Below are positions 10,629 to 22,469 of a DNA stretch of 64,000 nt, one piece after another. The notes beneath the pieces were generated by a model. That model saw only the letters and a program-made list of their open reading frames with translations. It made no database searches and had not been told where the DNA came from. The translations under genes and the position numbers were made by a program. This stretch comes from Alphaproteobacteria bacterium (GTDB lineage Bacteria; Pseudomonadota; Alphaproteobacteria; SP197): positions 1 through 64,000 of the forward strand of contig OZ219747.1 of assembly GCA_964291265.2 (NCBI GenBank), written 5' to 3'. The stretch's first letter is position 1. Each line of letters starts with the position of its first letter.

Positions 10629-11329
10629 CCCGTACGGTTTCCAGACATCGTGCACCGAAGGCCGGTCGCTTCCGCGATCCCGTCCCCGCGGCCTTCGCCG
10701 AGGCGGAAAGGGCGGATCCGCTTCGTACCGGTGACGGGGATCCATTTCCACCGACCGTGAACCCGGACGCCGGTCTCGTCCTTGGGCTTGACGGCGGCCG
10801 GGGCCGCAGCATCCCGGACCTGCCCGGCGACACCGGAGAATCGGTCGGCGCCCCGGTCCAGAAGGGCGGAAACCGTCCCTTGGGGCCGGGTCACACCGAA
10901 CCGGTCTGCGAGTACCGCGACGATCCGGCGACGCGGAATCCGGTGCGCTGCCCCAGGTACTGCACGATCGCCCCCGGGCCGTACGGGACCGGAACCGTCC
11001 CGCCCTCCGGAAAGCGGTTCGGGTTCCCCTCTCCGCAAGGGGCCACACACCGCTTGATGAATCCGGGGTTCGACGGTCTCAAGCGCCATCGGCGGAAGGT
11101 CCGTGAGCGGCCGGGTGGCCTGCACCTCCGAAGGCAATCCGGCCCGGGACCTTCCGCATCGACCGCAGGAATCGGGAGGAAGATCCTCGATCCGACCCGG
11201 CGTCTCGGAACGGCGCAGCGTCGTTCCCGGATGACCGGGCTGGCCGCCCGGCCGGCGGTCCGAAGCACGGCGGCGGACGGAAGTGCTCTCCATTCGTCCC
11301 CGGTCGGGAAAGGCCGTCACGGGGGGGAA
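10629..11329 (-). mobile_element. IS66 transposase remnant, copy 2
   Basis: Duplicate of 1600-2300. Confidence 0.65.
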
Positions 11330-11447
11330 CCGGGATGTCAAGCCGAAGTTACGACCTGACCCGGGTACCTCCACGCTTCCTTGCGAACTCCCGGACCCCG
11401 CCTCGGAAGGGCGCGTACACCCAAGCTGTCGGCCATGCTCGGCACAC

Positions 11448-11486
11448 AAAAGAGCGGCGCCCGATCCGCGCGGGATCGGGCGCCGC
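11448..11486 (-). terminator. Rho-independent terminator after lipoprotein B2
   Basis: Same 14-bp stem and T-run as 2419-2457. Confidence 0.75.
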
Positions 11487-11540
11487 CTCGCTGACGACCG
11501 GGGCAAGCCCGGCGGCGGCGAACCTCAGCCGCTCACGGGG

Positions 11541-13367
11541 TCACTGCTTGCGGCCACCGAAGGCGCCGCGGAACTCGCCCTGCTTCTTGTCCGCCGAAGT
11601 GAAGTCGAAGATGCCGCCGACCTCCACCGCCATGGGGCCGTAGAAGTTGCCGCTGACCGTGCCCGTGTACTCCCCGGTCGTCTCCAACGTTACGGGGTCA
11701 TCACCGCTCTTACTGCCCACGTTGGTGGCGAGGAGCACGGTGGCCTTGGTTCCCGCGAACCCGTTGCCGGCAATCGCACCCTCAAGCCGAGCGAAGGCGG
11801 CGGGGGTGTCGGGGTCGTCGACGTTGGAGCTGGTGGAAAGTGTCACATGAATGCCGTTCGTCACGAAGTTCACCGCCGTTTCCGAACCGCCGGTGTAGGA
11901 CCGGATCATGCCCTCGCCATCGGCGTCCGCACTGCGGACCTGCCCAACCCAATGGCCATCATAGACGGCGTGTCCGGAGGTCGGCATGTCGGTGGTCATG
12001 CTGGTCAGCGTGCGGACAAACGGGATGCCCAGCCCATCAGGGTCTTCATTGTCGCCGCCGCTCACTTCCTTCAGCGTGACCCACGTGCCGTAGTTCATGT
12101 GTTCGTAGGCCATCTCGGCAGGAAACTTCACATCGCCGCGGACGGATATCGCACCATACGTGATCTTCTCGGCGCCGACACTATCACGTTTCAGATAGAT
12201 ACGATCGCCTTTCGCTCTGGTCAGCCCCAAGAAATTGCCCGCTACAGGCGCAATGACGTAGTAGATTTCCTTGTTCTTGTTCTCCTCGGTATCGGCGTTG
12301 GAGTCCTTTGTGTCCATCTCAATCTTATTATTGCTGACCATGACACCTGACGTTTCGTCATTAAGATTATTCCAATCCTCTTGCATGAGCTTGTAGAACT
12401 CTCCGCCTGCCCGATGAACTTTCAACTTGGGGTAGCTTGTGGTTGTGACTGCATCCGTTAAATCGAGCGCTCCGTACGGCAGGTCGTTGCTTACATCGTG
12501 GTCCGTCTCCTCGGGGTCGGGTCCTCCTTCACCCGCCGGGACATAGATGAAAACATCCTTGGAGCCGACATACTTGTCGATGATCCGCAAACGGGCCGTG
12601 TCGTCTTTCGAGTCGATGTCGACGCCGACCGGCAGTTTCCGCGCCTCGATCTCCGGCTGCGCCAGTCTCTCGGGATCTGCTTGGTAGGTGATTGCCGTCC
12701 GCGCGGTGTGCGCGTCCTCTTCGATTTCTTGGGTTCCGGTTGTTACCTTCTGCTCGCCGGTGCCGGTTTCCGCCTTCGGAGCACCCGACATGATCGATGT
12801 GGCGCCGACCGTGTAGGTTCCGTCGGCGTACTTGATCCCCATCTTGGCCGCATCCACCGCCTGTTTGGCCTTCGCATTGGCAATCGCGGCCTGCGCCTCG
12901 GCTTCCTTCCGGGCCGCCTCGGCGGCGCGCTTGGCCTCGGTCGCCGCCACCACGCTCGTCGTCGCCGCCGCCTTCGCGGATTCCGCCTTCGCCGTGTCGT
13001 AGGCTTTCTTCGCCGCATCGGCCGCCGCCTTGGCCTCGTCGGCGTACATCTTCGCCTTCGTAGCAAGCTGGACGGACACGAGGTTCATCACCGCCGTCTG
13101 CGCCTCATCCGAGCCGATCTTGGCCGGATCGTCGTCGGCCGCCGCCATGCCCTGGGCCGCGAGATCCGAGGCGGCCTTGGCCGCATCCTCGGCCGCCTTG
13201 GCCGCATCCCGCTGCTGCTGGAGCTCCGCATCCACCTTCGGAGGAGGATCAGCCGGGGCGGCCGTCTTGTTGCTGCTGCTGCTGCACGCCGCCAGCCCGA
13301 AAGCGAGCACGACCACGCTGCAGGCCGTCGCCACGTTCTTGTACATCGGTGTCTCCGTCTGTTTCAT
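11541..13367 (-). CDS. TbpB-like surface lipoprotein variant B, copy 2
   Basis: Translation identical to 2512-4338. Confidence 0.85.
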   Translation of the reverse strand: MKQTETPMYKNVATACSVVVLAFGLAACSSSSNKTAAPADPPPKVDAELQQQRDAAKAAEDAAKAASDLAAQGMAAADDDPAKIGSDEAQTAVMNLVSVQLATKAKMYADEAKAAADAAKKAYDTAKAESAKAAATTSVVAATEAKRAAEAARKEAEAQAAIANAKAKQAVDAAKMGIKYADGTYTVGATSIMSGAPKAETGTGEQKVTTGTQEIEEDAHTARTAITYQADPERLAQPEIEARKLPVGVDIDSKDDTARLRIIDKYVGSKDVFIYVPAGEGGPDPEETDHDVSNDLPYGALDLTDAVTTTSYPKLKVHRAGGEFYKLMQEDWNNLNDETSGVMVSNNKIEMDTKDSNADTEENKNKEIYYVIAPVAGNFLGLTRAKGDRIYLKRDSVGAEKITYGAISVRGDVKFPAEMAYEHMNYGTWVTLKEVSGGDNEDPDGLGIPFVRTLTSMTTDMPTSGHAVYDGHWVGQVRSADADGEGMIRSYTGGSETAVNFVTNGIHVTLSTSSNVDDPDTPAAFARLEGAIAGNGFAGTKATVLLATNVGSKSGDDPVTLETTGEYTGTVSGNFYGPMAVEVGGIFDFTSADKKQGEFRGAFGGRKQ

Positions 13368-13482
13368 CGTCGAGGCTCCCCTTCGACTGCGGAAGAAACC
13401 CCGTGAAGGGGCCCTTAGGATTTTGCACGCATGAGGCATCCGCAGGCCATCCGCAGGCGGCCCCGACGAACGCTCGGCGCTC

Positions 13483-13511
13483 AATATAGGCCTGCGAAAC
13501 GAAAGCTGCAA
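13483..13511 (-). promoter_or_regulatory. sigma70-like promoter of cassette B2
   Basis: TTGCAG-N17-TATATT. Confidence 0.6.
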
Positions 13512-13694
13512 GCCCTGATCTCCACCCCGTTTTGCCGGCCGACGGCCGGGCGCGAGGCACCCCCGGACCCGCTCCGCAGAAGACCCCGGCCAGCCCGCAC
13601 GCAAGCGCCGGGGAACGCAGGACAGGACAGCAGCGGCCCCCCGCCACCGCACCCGCCGCACGATGGCAAGGACGGGCCGACCGCCGCCGCGCCC

Positions 13695-14059
13695 TCACTC
13701 CCACTCGATCGTGCCGGGCGGCTTCGACGTCACGTCGTACAGCACCCGGTTGCGGCCCGGAACCCGATTGACGATCGTCGCGGCCACCGCCGCCGACAAC
13801 TCCGACGGAAACCGGCAGACGCCCGCCGTCATGCCGTCGACCGACGTCACCGCACGCCGCCCGAGAGCGTAGTCGTACGAGCGGCGGTCTCCCATCACCC
13901 CGACACTCCGGACCGGCAGCAGGACCGCAAACGCCTGCCAGATGTCGTCGTACAGGCCCGCCCGGCGGATGGCGTCCAGCCCGGTCCGGTCGGCCTCGCG
14001 CAGCAGCGCAACCCTGGCGCGGGTGACCGCGCCGGGGATCCGGACCGCCAGCCCCGCGC
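13695..14059 (-). pseudogene. guaA: GMP synthase C-terminal fragment, copy 2
   Basis: Duplicate of 4666-5030. Confidence 0.9.
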
Positions 14060-14963
14060 CTTTCAACCGGACACACCCGTCTCATCGGACTCCTCGCCAA
14101 CCCGGCCGTACATGGTGGCCCATGAGGATCGGCTTTCGACGTCGGTCTGCGACGACGGGGGATGGACGGAAGGCAGCATCGACGGCCGAGAACAGCCCGC
14201 GCTCGTCCCTGGCGCAAGGAGTGGCGCAACGCGAAGGGCGACCCGTACCTGGCCTCGGCACGCACGGCCTTGCCCGGTCTTGTTTCGTCGCTCGACATCG
14301 TCCTTCCCGCACCCAGGCCTCATGCCCTCAGCCCCGGCATCCTTGAGCAGGACGATCCCGACAAGCCCCTTGCAGGGGCCCTGGAGGACCTCGGAGAAGT
14401 CACCGTGGAGCCGGTCGGCAGCGGCGCGGACAAGCGCGCTTGGCACGGTCGATGATGGCGACCTGGCATCCCGAGGGCGAGGCGCGCTCCCCCCGCCCGA
14501 GGGCGCTGCAGGATCCCCTCGTCGCGCCCCGATGGCCTCGGCGGCCTGGGGGTCTCCGCCGCTTGCGCTCGAGACCGTCGAACCCCGGATTCCCCAGGCG
14601 GTGTGTCGCCCCTGCGGAGAGGGGAACCCGGGCCGCTTTCCGGAGGGCGGGACGGCCCGGTCCCGTACGGCCCGGGGCGATCGCGCAGTACCTGGGGCAG
14701 CGCACCGGATTCCGCGTCGCCGGATCGTCGCGATACTCGCAGACCGGTTCGGTGTGACCCGGCCCCAATACCCCAACGGCCGCTCCCCTCATGACAGAGG
14801 GCAACTCATAGGATCACCGGCCTATAAAGTCAAGCCGCGCAGGATCAACAACCCGACGGTACCAAAACGGCATCCAACGCAACCAACGTCAACACAGACT
14901 CAGACCTGACGAGGTGCCTGGGCAGTTACGAAAAAGATGGATCCAACAGTGTCTGGTTGAAAG
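14060..14963 (+). mobile_element. Internally deleted DUF4338-IS4 element carrying an IS66 remnant
   Basis: Left TIR CTTTCAACCGGACAC (14060) and right TIR GTGTCTGGTTGAAAG (14949-14963); 14930-14963 matches the IS4 end at 26210-26243; IS66-like end CCTGGGCAGTTAC at 14917-14929. Confidence 0.8.
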
Positions 14964-15197
14964 GTCCCAGTGGGGATGGATGTCCAGTCCCCGGAACAGG
15001 GGTTCGTCACAGGCGAACAGAGACCGCAGGGTGTCGAGCAGCAGGCTCTTGCCGAAGCAGCGCGGACGCGACAGGAAGTAATGGTCACCCTGCTCGACCA
15101 GATCCCGGATGAGAGGGGTCTTGTCGACGTAGTAGAAATCCTCGCTGCGAATCGTCGGAAAATCCTGGATCCCGACCGGAAGACGGCAGCGGCTCAT
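14964..15197 (-). pseudogene. AAA-ATPase-like / PD-(D/E)XK-associated protein, N-terminal stub truncated by the IS4 end
   Basis: LPVGIQDF..IR...YYVDKT and FLSRPRCFGKSLLLDTL (family motif RPRRFGKS). Confidence 0.8.
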
Positions 15198-15792
15198 CGG
15201 TCTCTCCCTTCGCGGCGGCGGAACCTGCGGCCGAGGCGGGAAGTGCCGGGCCTCCCGTGTCGTGGCTCCGAATGTCCCGGAACGGTCACGCCTGAACACA
15301 ACGGCCACGCTATCCGCCCGCCTGTCCATGAGCAAGGGAGAGATACGACCAGGGTGGACATGAAGGGCAACCCGCAGCCGTTGAAGCACCGTTCAGCTTG
15401 GCAACCCGGAGGCTCATGCTGCGAAGCGGCGCCGAGCATCGAAAGGCGCCTTGCAGCGTGAGCCGTTCGGCCCTGTCCTTCGAGAATGCGCTACCGGCCT
15501 GTCAGGGGCGTCACACGCTGGCTTCGCGCCTGATTCCTGTTGCATGGTGAACGTGAGAAATGTCCTCCGTGACCGGACGACGACGCGGAACGCACTCGCA
15601 GATCGTGGACCGATCGTCTCTCTCGATCGCCACGACGGCTCCCATCCCTTGTGACGCCGGCGTTTCGGGCGGTGTGCAGGGCAATCTCGCCCGATCTCGA
15701 CTGCGTTCGCCTGTCTTGCCGTCGCACCCCAGGCATCGTTTCGCGCAAGGCGCGTGAAGCCCGCCTGGTCGACGGGAGACCAGGCCCCGGGA

Positions 15793-16212
15793 TCAATGCG
15801 CGCGATCAGGGGCCGGGACGGCCTCGAGCATGGCCTCGAGGATCGCGAGTTCGTCCCTGGCGCGGGTGCGTTCGGTGTCGTTCTCGGCATCACGCAGATC
15901 AAGTTCGGCAGCCTCGATGCGGCCACGCACGTCTCCGGCATCGATGCTCGCCACCATCAGGGCCCTTTCCGCCAGGACCGTGCAGCGGTCGGGCAGAACC
16001 TCGGCGAAACCTCCGGCGACGAAGACCTGGTGCGCCACCCTGGCGTCCTCGTGGATGTCGATCACACCGGGACGGATCGTGGAAATCAGGGGCGCGTGAT
16101 CGGGCAGCACGCCGATGTCCCCGTCGCCCCCGGGTATCACGATCATGTCGAAGGTGTCGGAGACGAGAACGCGCTCCGGGCTGACCAGTTCGAAAGTGAC
16201 CTTCCCGGCCAT
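15793..16212 (-). CDS. atpC: ATP synthase F1 epsilon subunit
   Basis: FELVSPER, IPGGDGDIGVLPDHAPLIS, GGFAEV. Confidence 0.95.
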   Translation of the reverse strand: MAGKVTFELVSPERVLVSDTFDMIVIPGGDGDIGVLPDHAPLISTIRPGVIDIHEDARVAHQVFVAGGFAEVLPDRCTVLAERALMVASIDAGDVRGRIEAAELDLRDAENDTERTRARDELAILEAMLEAVPAPDRAH

Positions 16213-16216
16213 GACG

Positions 16217-18546
<2,330 letters not shown>

Positions 18547-18565
18547 GGCCGTTCAGGGTGCGCGA

Positions 18566-20098
18566 TCAGGCTGCGAATGAGCCAGTAAAGTTGTCGAGGA
18601 AGGCCTTGAGCTTGCCCGCCGTCGAGTCGGAGAGTGCACCACTCGAGCGGATATCGGCAAGCATGTCGGCGCCCTTGTCCCGCACGGCGGCGAGCATGGC
18701 CTGTTCGTAGCGCGTGACGGCAGATGGTGCGAGGCCGTCGAGATAGCCGTTCACACCGGCGAAGATGACGACAACCTGGTCCTCCACGGCCATGGGCCTG
18801 TACTGGTCCTGCTTGAGGAGTTCGGTCAGTCGTTCACCACGCGCCAGAAGCCTCTGCGTCGAGGCATCAAGGTCCGAGGCAAACTGGGCAAAGGCAGCCA
18901 TTTCACGGTACTGCGCGAGCTCCAGCTTGATCGATCCGGCAACCGACTTCATCGCCTTGGTCTGCGCCGCCGAGCCGACCCGCGACACGGAGATGCCGAC
19001 GTTGATGGCCGGACGGATACCCTGGTAGAACAGCTCGGATTCGAGAAAGATCTGTCCGTCAGTGATCGAGATGACGTTGGTCGGGATGTAGGCCGACACG
19101 TCGGAGGCCTGTGTCTCGACCACCGGCAGCGCGGTCAGTGATCCACCGCCGAAGTCCCCGTTCATCTTCGCCGCCCGCTCGAGCAGACGTGAATGGAGGT
19201 AGAACACGTCGCCCGGATAGGCCTCGCGGCCCGGCGGCCTGCGCAACAGCAGGGAAACCTGCCTGTAGGAGACGGCCTGCTTCGAGAGATCGTCGTAGAT
19301 GACGAGGGCGTGCATGCCGTTGTCACGGTAGTACTCGCCGATGGAACAACCGCTGTATGGGGCCAGAAACTGCATCGGCGCCGGATCGGACGCCGTGGCG
19401 GCGACAATGGTCGTGTACTCCATGGCGCCGTGATCCTCGAGCACCTTGACGATCTGAGCCACAGTCGAACGCTTCTGCCCGACGGCGACATAGACGCAAT
19501 AGAGTCTCCGGTTCTCGTCGCCCGATTCCCAGTTCTGCTTCTGGTTGATGATGGTATCGACGGCCACGGCCGTCTTGCCGGTCTGCCGGTCGCCGATGAT
19601 CAGCTCGCGCTGACCGCGGCCAATCGGCACTAGGGCGTCAAGGGCCTTGAGGCCGGTCTGCATCGGTTCACTGACCGATTCGCGGGGTATGATGCCCGGC
19701 GCCTTGACCTCGATGCGCCGACGTTCGTCATGTTCAATGGCACCGGCACCGTCGATCGGCCGGCCCAGAGCATCGACAACGCGCCCGAGAAGGCCCTTGC
19801 CCACCGGTACGTCGACAATCGAACCGGTCCTCTTGACAGTGTCGCCTTCGACGATGTCCCGGTCGCTGCCAAAGATCACGATGCCGACATTGTCGGTCTC
19901 GAGATTGAGCGCCATCCCCTGGACTCCGCCAGGGAACTCGACCATCTCGCCGGCCTGAACGTTGTCGAGGCCGTAGACCCGGGCAATGCCGTCGCCCACC
20001 GACAGAACCCGGCCGACCTCCGACACCTCCGCTTCGGCGCCGAAACTGGCAATCTGTTCCCTGATAATGGAAGAAATCTCGGCGGCACGGATATCCAT
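18566..20098 (-). CDS. atpA: ATP synthase F1 alpha subunit
   Basis: [30 protein letters not shown]. Confidence 0.99.
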   Translation of the reverse strand: MDIRAAEISSIIREQIASFGAEAEVSEVGRVLSVGDGIARVYGLDNVQAGEMVEFPGGVQGMALNLETDNVGIVIFGSDRDIVEGDTVKRTGSIVDVPVGKGLLGRVVDALGRPIDGAGAIEHDERRRIEVKAPGIIPRESVSEPMQTGLKALDALVPIGRGQRELIIGDRQTGKTAVAVDTIINQKQNWESGDENRRLYCVYVAVGQKRSTVAQIVKVLEDHGAMEYTTIVAATASDPAPMQFLAPYSGCSIGEYYRDNGMHALVIYDDLSKQAVSYRQVSLLLRRPPGREAYPGDVFYLHSRLLERAAKMNGDFGGGSLTALPVVETQASDVSAYIPTNVISITDGQIFLESELFYQGIRPAINVGISVSRVGSAAQTKAMKSVAGSIKLELAQYREMAAFAQFASDLDASTQRLLARGERLTELLKQDQYRPMAVEDQVVVIFAGVNGYLDGLAPSAVTRYEQAMLAAVRDKGADMLADIRSSGALSDSTAGKLKAFLDNFTGSFAA

Positions 20099-20658
20099 CA
20101 GCCAGTCCCCTTCATCGCAAGCTCGAGACGTTGAAGTTTGGTACGTATGGTGCTGTCCATCATGCGCGATCCGATGGTGACCACGAGCCCACCGATCACG
20201 GACGGATCGACACTGGACTCGATCGAGACATCGCGCCTGACAATTCGTCCCAGGGTTTCCCGCAGGCGGGCCAGCTCCCCGTCGCTCAGGGGCCGCGCCG
20301 ATGTCACCTTGGCCGTGGTCTCGCCGCGCTGCAAGGCGTGGAGACGCAGGAAATCCCCGACGACTTCCTTCAGGGCATACAGACGTCTTGCCTGGGCCAG
20401 CACACCCACGGTGTTGCGGACCAGAGACCCGCATTCCATGGCATCAAGCACACCGGCCATGGCGCGGCCCTGTTCGTCACGGGACAGAAGAGGGCTCTCA
20501 ACGAGACGGCGAAGATCGGAGGAGTCCTCCAGAGCGCACGTGATCGCACGCAGGTCGTCGGCCACTTGATCGAACTCGCCTGCCTCCCCGGCAAGCTCGT
20601 AGAGCGCCCGTGCATAGCGTCCCGAAAGACCGGTCACTGCATGGTTGTCGGAGGCCAA
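20098..20658 (-). CDS. atpH: ATP synthase F1 delta subunit
   Basis: [26 protein letters not shown]; TTG start. Confidence 0.95.
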   Translation of the reverse strand: MASDNHAVTGLSGRYARALYELAGEAGEFDQVADDLRAITCALEDSSDLRRLVESPLLSRDEQGRAMAGVLDAMECGSLVRNTVGVLAQARRLYALKEVVGDFLRLHALQRGETTAKVTSARPLSDGELARLRETLGRIVRRDVSIESSVDPSVIGGLVVTIGSRMMDSTIRTKLQRLELAMKGTG

Positions 20659-21029
20659 ACCCGTCAGCCCTCATCCAATCGGACAGGAAGTGAGTGCTCC
20701 CGGAACATACCGGGGCTTTCGCCCCGTCTATGTGGGCGGGAAGCGGATGGTCATGTAGCACAGCAGGACTCCGGGCGCAAGGCGGATTGCAGCGGCGCGA
20801 CGCCTCCGCCATCCCCCGTGGCCTATCGTCCACCGACGTCAACGGCTGCCCCCCTGTACCTGTCTCGGTCATGCCCTGGCCATGTCTCACTCGTGCGCCG
20901 CATCAAGTGTTTCGGCCGCGCCGGTTCGCAAGCGTTCGGTCACGCAGAGCGAAGGCGGGTGAGACGCGGGATATGTGCGTGGTTGCCATCGTCATCCTCA
21001 TCATGGTCCCCTTTGACCGAACACTTGTG

Positions 21030-21290
21030 ATTGAAGAGCACTTCAGACACTGAGGGTCGGAACACGGCGCAAGGACCGGCGAGATGAGGACACGTCTGGC
21101 CTTCACCGCAAGCCGCGTCGTCCACCAAGAACGAGATCACGGTCCTTGACCTCCACGGATCCGGCCGACAGCGCCCGGCGCGTGGACCTCCCCCGATCCC
21201 GAACCAATACATCGAAGCCTCCGTCATTGAAGTGACCCGCCTGGCAGGCCCCGGGTCAGGCGCGCCGCGATTGCCGACCCGGTGCTGTCC
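21030..21290 (+). pseudogene. Degenerate IS4 transposase C-terminal remnant
   Basis: Patchy nucleotide similarity to 25790-26100 (e.g. GAGATCACGGTCCT, CGTGGACCTCCC..GATCCCGAACC). Confidence 0.6.
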
Positions 21291-22469
21291 GGAGTAGGCT
21301 GCCGCCATGACGACCACCTTCCCTCTTCCAGCCCGTGAGCGTGATGCCCGTTGAGACGCCGGAGGCCTTTCGCAGGAAGAAATTTCCGACGAAGCGTCAC
21401 GATGCGCTGTTCCGGGCGCCTTTCAACGGGACAGGCTTGACTCGACGTTCATGAGGCCTTACATAGTGGCCCATGAGGATCGGCTTTCGACATCTGCGAC
21501 GACGGTTGACTGGCTGAAGGCGGCGTCGGCTGCCGAGGGCAGCACACGCTCGTCTCTGGCGCGGGGATTGTGCGAGCGCGAGGAGTGGCGCAACGCGAAG
21601 GGCGAGCTGTGTCTTGCCTCGGCGCGTGCGGCCCTGCCTGACCTTGCTGCGTCGCTCGACATCGCCCTTCCTGCACCAAGGCCTGATGCCTTCGGCACCG
21701 GCGCCGACACCCTTGAGCGGGACTATCCCGACAAGCTCCTCGCCTGTTCTCTGGAGGACCTTGGAGAGGTCACCTTGGAGCCTGTGGGCGAGGGCGAGGA
21801 CAAGCGCCTGGCCCGTTCGATGATGGCGACCTGGCATCCCGAAGGCGAGGCGTGCGCACCCGGAGCCCGGGTGAGCTACTGGATCACCTCGTCGCGCCAC
21901 GGTCGCCTCGGCGGCCTGGTGTTTGGTGCGGCGAGTTGGCACCAGAAGGCACGCGACGACTTCATCGGCTGGTCCCAGGGAGCCCGTGTCGCCCACCTCG
22001 GCGAGATCGTCAACAATGATCGCTTCCTGATTCTTCCATCGGTGGATGTGAAGGAGTTGGCCTCCCATGCCCTGGCCTGTGCCTGCCGGCGTCTGGCTAC
22101 GGACTGGCACGAGAAGTACGGGGTGATGCCGGTTCTGGCGTACACGTATGTGGGTCCCGAGCACAGCGGCGTGAGCTACCGGGCGGCGGGCTGGGAGCGC
22201 TGTGAGGAGATGACCTCGGGTCGACCTCCCGGGGCCACCGGCCCGGGCGTGCAGCGGTCCGTATGGATGAAGCCCCTGACGCCTGACTGGCGCGCCGTGC
22301 TGTGCCGGGAGCCTGAGCGTGTCATGGGCCAGGCGGCGCCCCTTGTCGGTGATGACAGGACCGACTGGGCGATGAGGGAGTACGCCCGCAGCAGCCACAG
22401 TGACGTGCGCATCCGCGAGCGCCTTGTCACCATGGGCCGGGCGTGGAACGATCGTCCCGGCGCGATCCT

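Larger units (their letters stand above)
1..14768. repeat. Tandem duplication with a 9,029-bp period (1-5715 recurs at 9030-14768)
   Basis: ORF track repeats with a +9029 offset; small differences seen only in the last ~430 bp. Confidence 0.95.

Noticed and set aside
1-14768. Diversity-generating retroelement, integron or shufflon as the mechanism behind the lipoprotein variants
   Set aside because: No reverse transcriptase, no adenine-specific TR/VR pair, no attC-like sites and no intact site-specific recombinase in the window.
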